In this document: positions 12,794 through 27,001 of the stretch, in pieces
Layout: every line of letters begins with the position of its first letter
Numbering within the stretch: the first letter of the stretch is position 1
Assembly: GCA_043228905.1 (NCBI GenBank)
Contig: JBHGNT010000014.1
Coordinates: 19,282,001 to 19,346,000, forward strand
Length of the DNA stretch: 64,000 nucleotides
Reading direction: 5' to 3'
From: Azolla caroliniana
Lineage: Eukaryota; Plantae; Polypodiophyta
Program-made: the position numbers and the translations under genes
Notes under the pieces: model-generated
Told to the model about the DNA's origin: nothing
What the model saw: only the letters and a program-made list of their open reading frames with translations
Databases searched by the model: none

Positions 12794-15700
12794 CAAACTT
12801 CGATGGAGGAAGAGGACAAATTCGGGGAAGAAGAGGTCGATTCGGTCAAGGCCGACACAACCAAGAGCAACCATGAGAACATAACTTCTATTACCGACAA
12901 GACGTGTCGAATGGGAGAGGTGGAGCATCCGAATGAAGGGCGAGCAATCAGGATGGACCCAACCAATAAAACAATTCTGCTCAGTGCGGATACTGTGGTA
13001 AATTCGGCCACTATGAGTTAGAATGTGGGAAAAAGAAGAGTGAGTTGGCCTGCACAAGCTAACAACCCACAAACTACGCCTCCAACTCCGACTACGACAA
13101 TCGTGGCGGAATGTTTGTGATGAGGCACAAAGTGAACTCGATGACAACCTCTAACCCGACCAACACCTCCAAACCAGAAGATGTATGGTTCGTTGACTCT
13201 GGTGCATCCAACCACATGACATCCCACGAGGATTGGTTCAAGGAGCTATGGAAGCCCGAACGACTTGACTATGTGGAAACTAGGGATGACACAATTCACC
13301 GCATTCAGCATATCGGCAATGTCCCATTTGGGGAAGAAGGCAATCAAACCTACATCAAGAAAGTCCTGCATGTTCCTACAATAACAAAGAACTTGGTCTC
13401 AGGTGGCCAGATAGTTGAACAAGGCATGCAAGTCTGCTTCAACGATGGAGAATGCTTAATTGAAAAAGAAGGCAGACTCATCGCTTGGGGTCGGAGAGAA
13501 GGTAAGATGTTCATCCTTGATTCTCACGAGATGAGCTCGGCAATGTATGCCAAGGGCTAGAGAGCCGACACTAACATAGCACATTAACCTCCAAAAGCTC
13601 AAAGGAATGCAGTTGAAAGGAGTTGTCTTTGGACTTCCGATTTTTACCAAAAGGGGCGAGCAGGCGTGTGCGAAGCTTGTCAATTCGGCAAACAACACCA
13701 CCAACTATTCCCAAAGGAGAGGAACGTAAGCAAAGGGATCCTAGATGTAATACATTCAGATGTATGGGGACCAACCCAGATGACAACATTTGGTGCTTGC
13801 CAATACTACGTAACATTCATCGATGACTTCTCCAAACATACCTGGATCTACCCTATGCGGCAGAAGAGCAAAGTGTTCATACACTTCCAAAGGTTCAAAA
13901 ACAAAGTCGAAAAGGCAACCGGTTGGCATGTTAGATGCCTTCAATCGGACGACGGAAAAGAGTACTTCTTTGACACCTTTACAACATATCTTTGACAAGA
14001 AGGAATCCGGCCGCGAGAGTTTACCTGCTGACACACACCTCAGTAGAAAGGAGTAGCCGAACGCAAGAATTGACACATACTTGAGGTGGCAAGGGCAATG
14101 ATGAATGAGAAAAATCTGCCAAAGTCATATTGTGCTGAAGCGGAGAATACAGTCGTTTATATGATGAATCACTGCACAAGATCAGGAGTGCACGATGTTA
14201 CTCCCTTGTGAAAAGTTCTATGGGAAGAAACCGGATCTATCCCATGTAAGGATATTCAGTTCAATTGCATATGTACACATTCTCGACGAGAAGCAGCAGA
14301 AGCTCAATCTCAAGTCGTAGAAATGTATACTCGTAGGGTACTCACTCGAGCAAAAAGGGTATAAGTGCTTCAACCCTTCCACCAAGAAGGTACGAATGAG
14401 TAGGGATGTAGTATTCGACGAGTTAGCATCCTGGTATATAGTCGAATCAACCCCATCCGGCACAGTCGAAACCGAGTTCGACACAAATGCAGAGGAGAAT
14501 GATCAACTGAGGCCCACATAAGAGGAAAGTCCAATCTCAACCAAGTTGGTGGATTAGGAGAGCCTCCAAGCGACCAAAGCACGTCGCGTCCGAGTTTGAA
14601 ATAGGACAAAGGAAAGGCCAAAATGCATGAGTACGAAGACTCAGTTGGAAATGAATCGATTCACTTACCCGACAATGAGTTTAGATTGTATGTGCCCATC
14701 ATGAGGATACTAGGAGATCCATGTCGATCCACCCGAGAAAAGAACGTAGTTAGCCGATTCGGCTACAATGACTGCATGGCATATCATTATGCATTCATGA
14801 TGAAGGTGTCGACAGTCTGCGAACCGGAAAACTATTCCGAAGCCGCGAAGGACCCTAGATGGGTCGAAGCGATGAATGAGGAGATGCAAACACTCACCAG
14901 AACGAGACATGAGATCTTGTCCCTTCTTCAAACCACCAAAAGGCAATTGGATGTCGGTGGATCTTCAAGGTAAAGCACAACGCCGATGACACTGTCCATC
15001 GATACAAGGCCCGACTTGTGGCATAGGGCTACATGCAGACTCATAGTGTCGACTACGAAGAGACCTTTGCCCCGGTGGCAAAGATGACTAAAATTCAAAC
15101 CGTGATCGCACTTGCAACAACAAAAGGGTGGCATCTCAACAAAATGGACGTAAAGAACACCTTTCTACAAAGAGAGTTAGACGAAGAGGTGTACATGGTG
15201 CAACCACCTGGATTCGTGTCAACTACGCATCTGATTGCTATTTGCCGACTCAAAAAGCCTCTCTATGGCCTCAAGCAGGCACTGAGAGCATGACATTCGA
15301 AGATAACGCGATATCTTCATCAAATCGGTTTTACAACATGTCCAAGTCCGACAACTCTGTGTTCATACGGAGTGACTCCAGAGGACAGGTATTTATCATC
15401 ATTTATGTGGATGACTTGGTCATAGGAGAAGAACCTTTAGCGGATATTGAGCACATCACGAAGCTCCTCTCCAGCTGATTCGAAATGACTGATATGAAGT
15501 AGCTCCATTACTTTCTAGGAATGGAAGTAATTCAGACTCTAGATGGCATCATGCTTTCTCAAAAGCACTATATCCTCAATCTTCTTTACAAGTTTGGGAT
15601 GACATAGTGTAAGCTCGTCACTACTCCTCTTGATCGAAATCTAAAGCTAGATGCCGACTCAGGCACTAGAGAGTGTGAGCCGATGCACTATCGTCAACTA

Positions 15701-15988
15701 GTTGGAAGCCTCATCTACGTCACAATTACCCGACCTGACCTGAGTTACCCAGTCGGCCTCCTTAGCCAGTTCATGAAAACTCCGCGAGACATCCATCTCG
15801 ACTGTGCTAAGCGAGTGCTAGGGTATGTGAGTGGAACCATGGAGTTCGACATCCTTTACAAATCAGCCACACCGATACGACTCGAAGGCTATACTGATGC
15901 CAACTGGGCCGGCTATAGAGCCGACCGACGATTAACTTCCGGATTTGTTTTCTTTCTCGAAAATGGTGCCATAATGTGGAGTAGTAAG

Positions 15989-18900
15989 TGTTAAGCAGCA
16001 AGCTCAACGGGATTTGGATCGGCTGAATAAGCATGAGCCGGATTGGCATCCGGAAGAATGAGCCGAATCGGTGAGCCGGTTAGTTGGATCCAGCAGTAAC
16101 CGGAAACCTAGTAGCAGCCTAGACTACTAGGTAGTTAATGTCTCGTAGTTAGTGTCAGACGCTCATGTGATCATTGAAGTACACTGTATATCTGTCAGTC
16201 CTCTTAGGACTTATATAAATAGTGCTGTTGAGCACGTTGTATGTACAAAGTTTTAGAGTTATTTTGAATAGAGTTTTATGTTCTGCTCTTTCTCTGTCTC
16301 TCCTACGTACCCTCTGTGTGATAATCTCTCTCTCTGTGTTGCTACCCGGCTAGACCGGTTTGTCTGATGCTTCCACACATAACCTTTTACATGGTATCAG
16401 AGCTCGAGGGTTGAGAACCTCTACAACCGACATCAACATTTGGAGACGAACCCTAAGACCCGGTAAGAACAGAAAGAGAAGTGATGGACAGAGGAATGGC
16501 TAGCTCACTCTCGATGGAGAAGCTCGACAGATCCAACTACGCATCTTGGTCATACAAGATGCACCAGTACCTGCTTGGGCATGGTTACTAGAGCTACGTC
16601 GATGGAGCTAATGACACAACGCCTAATGCGACACACAAGAACTTCCCAGTGTGGGAACAAGCGGCAAGTAGAGTGATGTACTGCTTCGCGTCTAGTGTCG
16701 AAGACCAACTGCTAAACCATATCCGAGATGCCAAGACGCCAAAAGAAGCTTGGGGAAACCTGAAGAAGGTTTTTGCTGCAAGCACAACGACCACGAAGCT
16801 GTAGCTCAAGCAGGAGCTCAGCAATGTCTGACAGAAAAATCTATCTGTGGCCGATTACACGGCCCGAATCAAGGAAATCTATGACTCACTCGCCTCCACC
16901 AATGTGAACGTCGAGGAGGACGAGATGGTGCAAGTGTGCCTTGGTGGGCTAGCGTCCAGGTTCGAAGCTTTCCGAATGGCGGTTTGTACGAGGGAGAATA
17001 CGCCATCATTTTTCGACTTACAATCGATTCTCCTTGTAGAGGAGAACCACGCTAGTGCGTCAACAAGTGCACCCACCGACAACCGGATGCTGTACATGGA
17101 GGTGGATTGGCCCCGTGGGCGTGGTGGACAAGGCGGGTCGGCTCGCGATGGTAGCGGCCGGCTAGAGCAGGACCGATGGACAGAGAACGTGCCGACAACT
17201 GTTCCGGAACGTCCACAAGCAAGGGGAATCAAGGCAGTGCCGGAGGCCGGCAAGCAAAGGCCGACACAGAATGATGGTACTGTGGTAAAAAGGGCCACAG
17301 AGAAAGCGAGTGCTGGAAGAAGCGCGCTGATTCGGATAGATCCGGATCCGGCAAGGGCGGAAGAGAGAATCGACAATACTCGCACTATGCAGAAGGATCG
17401 GGAGGATCCAAAACCGGAAAAGCCGGTAAAGGGCCAACCTTGGTGATGAAACACGAGGCTAACTCGATGAAAAAGACCACTTCCAAACTAGAGGAAGTGT
17501 GGTACGTTGATTCCGGTGCATCGAATCACATGACGAGCCACAAAGAGTGGTTCTCCTTCTAGGAGAAACCAAAACAATCGGGAGTCGTCGAAACCGGAGA
17601 CGACACTCCTCACCCAATCGTGCATGTCGGAGAAGTTCCTTTGAGCCCCGTCGGACAGAGGGGGAAGTTGATGAACGTATTATACATTCTGACTATCACG
17701 AAGAACCTGCTGTCAGTCGGTTAGATCGTTGACCAGGGGATGCAGGTGCGGTTTACGCACCTTGGGTGCTTCATCGAGGAAGAGGGCCAGATTATTGCGC
17801 AAGGGCGCAGAGACGGGAGGATATTCATTCTAGACACCAATGACGTCGGCACCGCTTTGTTCGCCAAAGGACAGAAGGTCAAATCGGACATCGACCTGTG
17901 GCACAAGCGGATCGGCCACGTCAATTACAGGAGGCTTCGATACCTACAAATGAAACAAGTCGTTTTCGGTTTGCCGAAATTTAGCGGCCGGAAGGCCGAA
18001 ATTTGTGAAGCCTGCCAAATCGGGAAGCAACACCAGCTTCCATTCCCCGCCAATCATAACCGGAGCCATAATAAGCTCGATTTAATCCATTCGGATGTAT
18101 GGGGATCGGCACAAAACGTTAGTCTTGGCGGGAGTCGATATTTCGTCTCCTTCATCGAGGACTACAATCGACACACATGGATCTACCTCATTGAGAGGAA
18201 GAGTGAAGTCTTCGAATGTTTCTGAAACCTTCAAAGCTTAGTTGAACGGGAAACAGAGAGGAAGATCAAGTGCCTGCGGTCGGATGGCGGAAAAGAATAC
18301 TTTTCCGGCCAATTAAATAGTTATATGCAACAAAACGGAATTAAGAGAGAATTCAGTTGCCGATACACACCGGAACAAAACAATGTGGCCGAGAGAAAGA
18401 ACCGGTCGATTGTCGATGCGGCAAGGGAAATGCTGGAGGAGAAAAGCATGCCCCAATTCTACTAGGCTGAGGTGGTCCGGACGGCCGTCTACATCCAAAA
18501 CCGGATCGGAGACAATGTGTCAGCACACGAGTTGTATTTTGGGCGCAAGCTGAATGTGAGACACCTTCAGATATTCGGCAGCATAGCATATGTGCATGTA
18601 TCAGATGAGAAGCGGAAGAAGCTTGATCCAAAGTCGGAGAAGTGCATCCTGGTCGGTTATTCACATGAGCAAAAGGGGTATAAGTGTTATAACCCCCGAA
18701 CGAAGCAGGTCCGAGTAAGCCGAGATGTTGAGTTCGATGAGACGACATCGTGGTATTCCTTATCGGCTCCGACTTCCGACCCTGACCCAATACCAAAGGA
18801 TGAGGCTAGTGAGCCTGAACCGGTCCAGTTAGAAGAGGAATACCTTGGCACTCTAGAAGAGAGTCCGATCTCATTCCGGCTAAGTGGACCGATTGAGCGG

Positions 18901-21652
18901 CTGAGTCGGGATGACTAGTCGGATGGGGAACCAACAAGTAGTGGAGACTCTGCCGTGCTCTCCCCGTGCAAGGAACCGAGGAGACGGTTCACGCGCAAAG
19001 AAAAGGGGAAGAAGAAGATGCCGGAATACGAAACCGGCAACGATGAGTTGGATCGGAGCAAATCCGACTCTGCAAAGGATGAAGGCGGATCCTCAGGAAC
19101 GAAGTCCGACCTTGCCAAGAAGGGCCCCAAACCGGGTAATACCAAGTTACGCCAGTCTTCCCACCTGAAGAACCTAGTTACGCGGTACGCGTACAATGAA
19201 TACATGGTGCATCATTATGCGTACATGACTAAGATGGCGGAAGTGCGTGAGCCGGAGAGCTACGCAGAAGCGGCAAAGGACGCAAGTTCGAGTGCCGCTA
19301 TGGAGGAAGAAATGCGGGCACTTGATGCCAACGACACATGGGACCTCGTTGACCCTCCCTGACACTGTAAACCGATCGGGTGTAAGTGGGTGTACAATGT
19401 AAAGTACAATGCTGACGGTTTGGTTAACCGATACAAGGCCTGATTAGTGGCGAAGGGATACATGCAGACCCACAGAATCGACTACGACGAGACCTTCGCT
19501 CCGGTAGCGAAGATGAGGATGGTTCGTGTGGTACTAACAGTTACTGTGGCAAGATGGTGGCATCTTCACCCAATGGAAGTGGAGAATGCATTTCTTCAAG
19601 GAGATCTTGAAGAAGAGGTCTTTATGACCCAACCTCCCGGTTTCCAGATGGAGATGAACAAGTCGGCGGTATGCCGGCTGAAGAAGTCACTCTATGGCCT
19701 GAAGCAAGCCCTCCGAGCTTGATCTAGTCATCACTAGACCCAGACTCGATGAAGTCAGCCGAGTCAAGTCCCAGCTGTCGGACACATTTGAGATGAAGGA
19801 CCTACGGGACCTTCACTATTTCCTTGGGATCGAGGTGATCCGAACCCCTGACAACATACTGCTCTCACAACGACACTATGTGTTGAATATGCTGTACAAG
19901 TTCTCCACACCCCTGGACCAGAATCAGAAGCTCCATCCTGACTCCGGACCGGCCTGCGATGAGAAGTTCTTTTGACAAATCGTTAGAAGCCTTATATATT
20001 TAACAATCACCCGACCCAACATTAGTTATCTCGTAGGCGTTATCAGCCAATATATGCAGAAGCCGACCGTGGAGCACCTTCTGTGCGCGCATCGAATTTT
20101 GGGATATGTGAGCGGCACAAAGGACTGGGGACTGTTATACCGGCATGGTATAACCGGAGAGCTAGTTGGCTACACCGATGCCGACTGGGCCGGTGATACA
20201 TCGGATCTACGACCCATCTCCGTCTATATGTTTTCCCTTGGTAGCGCGGTTGTTGCGTGGAGCAACAAAAAGCAACCAACAGTGGCCCTTTCAAGCAAAG
20301 AGGTTGAATACCGGGCGCTACCGTTGCTACTTGTGAAGCCATTTGGCTTTGGCGACTATTGCAAAACCTACGGATCGAGGTGTCGACCCTAATCTCGATC
20401 TACTGCGACAACATAAGCAACATGCATCTCGCCAAGAACCCCGTATTCCATGCTCGCACAAAGCACATCGTAGTGCACTACCACTTCGTGCGTAAGCGTG
20501 TCCTGAGCGGTGAAGTCGAACTTCGGTATGTTCATACGGATCGGCAAGTTGCCGACATCTTCACCAAACCGCTCGGATCAGACAAGTTGTAGCACTTCAC
20601 CGAAATGCTTGGTGTTCAGCATCTTGACGTGCCACACTTGAGGGGGAGAATGGGCAAAGACACCGGATTGGGCAAAGGCAAAGAAACTGTTGATTGTGCC
20701 GGTGAGGGAAGAACCGACAAAGGGGGAGACAAGAAGAAGGAAGGAGCTGAGTTGACAAAGGAAGTTGACACATCCGAACATGTCGGAATAAGCGGCAGCG
20801 GTGGGAGAGTCAAGAAGGACAGAGCCGACCGGAAGAAGATGGTCAAGACCCAGACATGGTCCGATGTGGTGAAGGGCCTGGAACCGGAAGACGAATCGGG
20901 AGCAACCGATTCGGACAAGAGCTGAAACGAATCGGAGACAATTGATTCGGTTCAACATAAGGATTCGGAAGAACTAGATCAATTCAAGGCGAAGAGGATG
21001 AGAAGGAAGCGAAAGTCGACGTCAACATGAAGGAATCGACGAATTAGCAAGTGCCAAAGTCACAACAACGAGGGACCTGAATTCGACATGTTGAGTAGAC
21101 AAGCCAACCGAGGAGGTCGAGGTGCGCAGAATCAGAAGGGTCGCGGCAACCGGGACCAGACCGAACGAGGAGCGCGAGCGAGGCAGAGTGACGCCAAAAG
21201 GAGCCAGGTGGAAGAACCGGCTGCCATGGAGACTGACACTACGATCCGACCTCAAGTTGAGCTTGAGGGGGAGTGTTGAGCAGCAAGCTCAACCGGATCC
21301 GGATCGGCATCCGGAAGGATGAGCCGGATCGGTGAGCCGGTGAGCTGGATCCAGCAGTAACCGGAAGCCTAGTAACAACCTAGACTACTAGGTAGTTAAT
21401 GTCTTGTAGTTAGTGTCAGACGCTCGTGTGATCATTGAAGTACACTGTACCTCTGTCAGTCCTCTTAGGAATTATATAAATAGTGTTGTTGAGCATGTTG
21501 TATGTACAGAGTTTTAGAGTTATTTTGAATAGAGTTTTATGTTCTACTCTTTCTCTGTCTCTCCTGCGTACCCTCTGTGTGATAATCTCTCTCTCTGTGT
21601 TGCTACCCGGCTAGGCCGGTTTGTCTGACGCTTCCACACATAATCATTTACA
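15989..21652 (+). mobile_element. Full-length copia element C (degenerate ORF): LTRs 15989-16391 and 21274-21652, PBS 16392-16403, PPT 21262-21273
   Basis: TG...CA LTR pair with TSD GTAAG/ATAAG splitting the WSSK-KQPT RNase H motif of element A. Gag/PR/IN/RT/RH fragments carry stops and frameshifts. Closely related to B. Confidence 0.95.
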
Positions 21653-22419
21653 ATAAGAAACAACCGACAATCGCACTGTCGAGCACCGAAGCCGAATACA
21701 GGGGTGTGGTTGTAGCCGCATGTGAAGCCGTTTGGCTCAAGAGAATCTTCAAGGATCTAGGCGTTCCCATCAAGGATACAACTCTCCTCTACTACGACAA
21801 CATGGGAAATATCCACCTCACTCGGAACCCAGTCTTCCATGTGCGGACTAAACACATCGAAGTGCACTATCACTTCATCCGGGAGCGTGTTCGGGCCAGG
21901 GATGTCGACCTGCAACACATAAGCACAAACCTGAAGACGATCGACATCTTCATCAAGGCCCTGGGAGTCGACAAGTTGCGACAATTCACGACGGACCTGG
22001 GTCTTTCGATCATTGACCAACCGAGCTTGAGAGGGAGTGTACCGGTCATTCAAAGACAAAGCCAGAGTCGCCTCAAAGCCAACCCAAAGACCAATTCGAA
22101 CCAACCATCCAATGATCCAACGACCGGAAGTTGTGTTTGAAGGGGCGTGTTGAGAATCAAACTCAACTTGCCGTGGGTGGGAACACATTCTAGGATACTC
22201 AAGTGTGTGAACACCCCACCTCCTTATATAGTAACTAGTGTGTCATAGAAGTTAATGTCCTATGACACATATTCCTTAAGTAGTTAAGACACGAGCTCTT
22301 TCCCAAGAGGCGGTACTGGTGAGAGAACATAGAGAGAAGGTGACTACATAAGCACCTCTCCCTCTCTTTGTAAATGTTGGTTATTCTTGCTTTCTTTGTA
22401 ATACAGTTTTTTGATTTTC

Positions 22420-22429
22420 TGTAATTGTG

Positions 22430-22522
<93 letters not shown>

Positions 22523-23074
22523 ATTCTTCCACTGGACATAATCCATCCGATTCTTTACACGGCCTTACTGGTAATGAGCACAAATGACAATGCTACATAT
22601 CACATTGTGGAGCTCGACGGAATGAGGATCTCGACATCGGTTGTGGGGAAGCGGGTCAAGGCCTTCAAGAAGTGACACGAGCTGGAACCAGATCTGGAGA
22701 TAGAGGTGGGAAGTGCGGATGAGGACGAGGTGCCGGACAAGGATCCGGTCGATGATGGATTAGGAGAGGAAGAGTAAGGGACGGACCGGAATGCTCATTG
22801 GTTTACTAGATCGGCACATATCGGAGGATGTACAGTTTAGTGGGGGTGGATGTCGTGAAGGATTCCCGCCACCGAGAGAAAAAGGGGTTGGACGGAGATC
22901 TCGGATGTGAGGAAGACGACGAGTCAGTGAGCGTGCAAATGGAGTTGTGCACAGAAGCACACGAAACCGTTTTGATGTACCAATATGTGTAAATAGTATA
23001 GTGTTAGTTTAAGTATTGATGAATACTATGTAGGTGTAATTCGATAGGTACTTTTATGACCATGTAACCGTGAA

Positions 23075-23105
<31 letters not shown>

Positions 23106-23649
23106 ATTCTTCCACTGCACATAATCCATCCAATTCTTTACACGGCCTTACTGGTAATGAGCACAAATGACAATGCTACATATCACATTGCGGAGCTCGA
23201 CGGAATGAGGATCTCGACATCGGTTGTGGGGAAGCGGGTCAAGGCCTTCAAGAAGTGACACGAGCTGGAACCAGATCTGGAGATAGAGGTGGGAAGTGTG
23301 GATGAGGACGAGGTGCCGGACAAGGATACGATCGATGATGGATTAGGAGAGGAAGAGTAAGGGACGGACCGGAATGCTCATTGCTTTACTAGATCGACAC
23401 ATACCGGAGGATGTACAATTTGGTAGGGGTGGATGTCGTGAAGGATTCCAACCACCGAAAGAAAAAGGGGTTGGACGGAGATCTCAGATGTGAGGAAGAG
23501 GACGGGTCAGTGAGCGTGTGAATGGAGTTGTGCACAGAAGCACACGAAACCGTTTTGATGTACCAATATGTGTAAATAGTATAGTGTTAGTTTAAGTATT
23601 GATAAATACTATGTAGGTGTAATTCGATAGGTACTTTTATGACCATGTA
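22420..23649. repeat. Tandem duplication of about 0.6 kb (22420-23067 and 23068-23649) spanning the copia A 3' LTR end and the gypsy G1 integrase end, PPT and LTR start
   Basis: Two near-identical copies running from ...gtga(g/a)ctctctc to ...gaccatgta; they differ mainly in microsatellite length. Confidence 0.9.
22433..22520. repeat. Compound (CT)n(AC)n microsatellite inside the copia A 3' LTR
   Basis: Seen directly; a shorter copy lies at about 23075-23105. Confidence 0.95.
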
Positions 23650-26600
23650 CGAGTTACAGAGGAATAAAAGGGATTGATGGGAGGAAAGCGAGGAGAGAAT
23701 CAGGGGTTGAAAAGCTTCTGGCTTAACAGCCTAATGTAACGGTCTCTCCATCCTTGAGCTATAAAAGGGTGGAGAGAAGATAGAGAAGGGATCCACTGTT
23801 TTGGAGAACAAAGTGTTGTCGGTTTTAGTTCCAAGCTCTGTCGGTTCCTCCGTTTCTGTGTTGACTTTGGGAAGAAGGTGGAGTCCTCTGCTCGCATAGG
23901 AAGCCCGTGTGCTCCCAACCAGAGGCCCGCCATTCTCTGTGTGTGTGAGTGTGTAGAGCTCGAAGCTCTGGTATTGGTTGCATTCAGTTGTACTCCCTCG
24001 GTGTTCTCTGTTAATCATTAATTTACTGAGTCTCTCCATGTATTGGGCATCCCCATGTCCTTATCTTTGTTCTATTTCCGTTTGAGTGTGCGTATCCGAG
24101 TACGTGAGCCCTTGAGCTCTTTGCCACTATCCAACAACCATTCCGGAACAATATTCGATTTTGAGCCCGTGCACTCAGCGTTTGACATCCCGGAATCGAT
24201 CCGGAGTGGATATGTGTCTGGAAACCGTTATGGAAAACCTTCTTCTCTCACCAACTCCTTGGTCTGAGATCCCGGTGGTCCTACCTGTTTTGACACATAA
24301 CCGCGGAAAACCGCGACACCGTGTTGGGTCACACGCCATTCCTGAACATTGGCCCAAACTTGAAGAGCACATTCAACACATAATGGCGTTGGTTGATCAA
24401 TATGCCTTCGGGGGCTCGGATCACTTTGATCCCGAGGAAGTAATGAAGGTTTCCTAGATCCTTGATTTCGAATGTTGATGAAAGCTGAGACTTTACTCGG
24501 CTGATTTCTCGGAGGTCGGCGCTGGCAATGACTAGATCATCGACATATAGCAGAATGCTAATTGGTCTAGTCCGACTCGGCTGAATGAACAATGAAGAGT
24601 ACGACTTCGATGGAGCAAACCCCATCTTAGCGTTCTATGTAGGCGAAGCTTGCTTGAGTCCATACAACGACTTCTTCAATCGGCAAACTGCCCATGTGTT
24701 CCGTTCGGATAGAAATCTGGGGGGCTGTACCATGTATACTTGTTTCTCAAGATCGTCTTGCAAGAACGCGTTCTTTATATCCATTTGATGTAAATTCCAT
24801 CCCTTTGCCGTTGTTACTGCCAGCAATACACGGACAATTATCATCTTCGCGACTAGCGCGAAGGTCTCGTCGTAATCGACATTGTGTTTCTGCACGTAGC
24901 CCTTGGCCACCAATCGGGCCTTATATCGGTTGATGGAGCCGTCGGCGTTGTACTTGACCTTGTACATCCACCTGCATCTGATCGGCTTCACACCCTTCGG
25001 GGCGTCAAGTAGGTCCCAAGTCTTGTTCTCCTATAATGCTCGCATCTCTTCCTCCATGGCTTTTCTCCAATTGGCGTCTTTTGTCTCTTCTGCCTAGCTC
25101 TCCGGCTCACACACTTCTGCCAGCTTCGCCATATATGCATAATGATGCACCATATACTCATTGTACCCGTACCGAATTACGGGATTCTTCTGGCGGGTGG
25201 ATTGGCGCAACTTCTGGTTCCCCGATTTCATAACGCTCTCGGCTGACTTCGACCTCATTTTCGGAGGTTCCTCTTGGGCCATGTCAGATTCGCTTGGATC
25301 TGATGTATTGGCCTCATTGCCGTATTCCGACATCTTCATCTTCCCGTTCTCCTTGCGCGTAAACCGCCTCCTCGGTTTCTGGATCAAGAACTGCGTGGCC
25401 GAGTCTCCACTACTCGCCGGCTCTTCATCTGACTGGTCCTTTCGACTCAATCGCTCATTCGGCCCATGTAGCCAAAATAAGTTGAGACCTTGTTCTAGAG
25501 TTCCGATTTCCTCTTCCTCCAAGGGCATCTCAACCTCATTGGCCTCATCCTCAGAATTCAGAATGGGGTGGATGGGGGTTGGAGGTGAAGCCAAGTACCA
25601 CGAAGTTGACTCATCGAAAACGACATCTCGGCTTACTCGGACCTCTTTCTTTCGGGGGTTATAACATTTATAGCCCTTTTGCTCATCCGAATAGCAGACC
25701 AAGATACATTTCTTGGTTTTTGCGTTTAACTTCCTCCACATTTCCTTCGGCACATGTACATATGCAATGCTAATGAATACCCTCAAGTGTTCCAAGTTCG
25801 GCTTCTTCCCAAAATACAACTCATGTGGCGACACTCCATTTGCAGAAGTCTGATTCTACGGATACACGGCTGTTCAGACCACTTCGGCCCAATAGAACTT
25901 CGGCATATGCTTTTCCTCAAGCATTGCCCTAGCCGATTCCTCTATCATTTGATTCTTTCTCTTGGCCACTCCGTTCTGCTCCGGTGTGTATTTGCACGAA
26001 AATTTGCGTCGAATTCCTTCCTTTTGCAGATAGCTAGAGAACTTGTCGGAGAAGTACTCTTTTCCGCCATCAGACCTTAGGCACTTGATCTTTAGACCGG
26101 TTTCCCGTTTGGCAAGGGTTTTCACCTTCAAGAAGCAGGAGAAGACTTTGTTTTTCTTCTCGATCAAGCATGCCCAAGTGTGCCGAGTGTAGTCATCGAT
26201 GATGGTTACAAAGTAACGACGTCCACTGATACTCGCGTTCTGCACTGCTCCCCACACACATCTGAGTGGAGCAAATAGAGGTTATTTCGGTTATGGTTTC
26301 TCTCATTGGGGAAAGGAAGTCGGTGATGCTTCCCTAATTGGTAGGCTTTGCAGACCTGGCCTTTTCGGCAAGCAAAAAATGACGTTTTTTGTCTGCATCT
26401 CTTGAAGCTATAGGAAGTTGACATGGCTGAACTGCTTGTGCCACAAGTCGATATCATATTCGACTTTTTGTCCTTTCGAAAACATAGAGGTGCCGACGTC
26501 ATTGGTTTCAAGGATGAACATCCTCCCATCTCTGCGCCCTTGTGCGATGATCTTACCTTCCCCTTCGATGAAACACCCAAGATGAGTAAATCGAACTTGC

Positions 26601-27001
26601 ATGCCCTGGTCAACTATCTATTTGGACGACAACAAGTTCTTGGTGATTGTCGGCACATGCAAGTCATTTCTCATTATCCCTTTTTGGCCAACATGGTTCA
26701 AGGGGACATCTCCGATATGTTTAATGGGATGAGGGGTGTCATCGCTAGTTTTGTCAACCCCCGGCTGCTCCGGCTTCTCCAAAGTGGAGAACCACTCTTT
26801 TTGATTCATCATGTGGTTTGACGCGCCTGAATCCACATACCACACCTCGTTCGATCCTGAGGTGTTGACCGCGATCGAGTTGGCCTTGTGCTTCATTATG
26901 AAGGCTGGGCCCATCTCGGCTCGACCTGAACCTTTAGCGTAGTGCGATCTCTGACGCCTACCTGCGTTTCCTTGGCTCGATCCGGCTTTATCTGAATCAG
27001 C

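Larger units (their letters stand above)
7074..22559 (+). mobile_element. Copia element A (degenerate): 5' LTR stub 7074-7174, gag-pol remnant 12794-15988 and 21658-22140, 3' LTR 22148-22559; hosts elements B and C
   Basis: TGTTGAGAATCA... at 7074 matches 22148. Motifs WFVDSGASNHMT, IHSDVWGP, YVDDL and WSSK|KQPT are present. The TSD is degenerate (AGGCT/CGGCC). Confidence 0.85.
6176..24318 (+). mobile_element. Gypsy element G1, 5'-truncated remnant: integrase 6176-7073 and 22560-22800, PPT, 3' LTR about 23434-24318; interrupted by copia A
   Basis: Degenerate integrase (FEKLKEKYW...MPVERTISSW...KFA..W | Y.VMSTNDNATYH) continues across the copia A insertion and parallels the G2/G3 integrases. 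The PPT-like ggtaggggtgga is followed by TGTCGTGAAG, and the LTR ends ...ccgcgACA at 24318. Confidence 0.8.

Noticed and set aside
24300-24318. Hairpin-like ccgcggaaaaccgcg as a Helitron 3' end
   Set aside because: Better explained as the gypsy LTR terminus (...ccgcgACA, the same as at 28229); no CTRR end follows.
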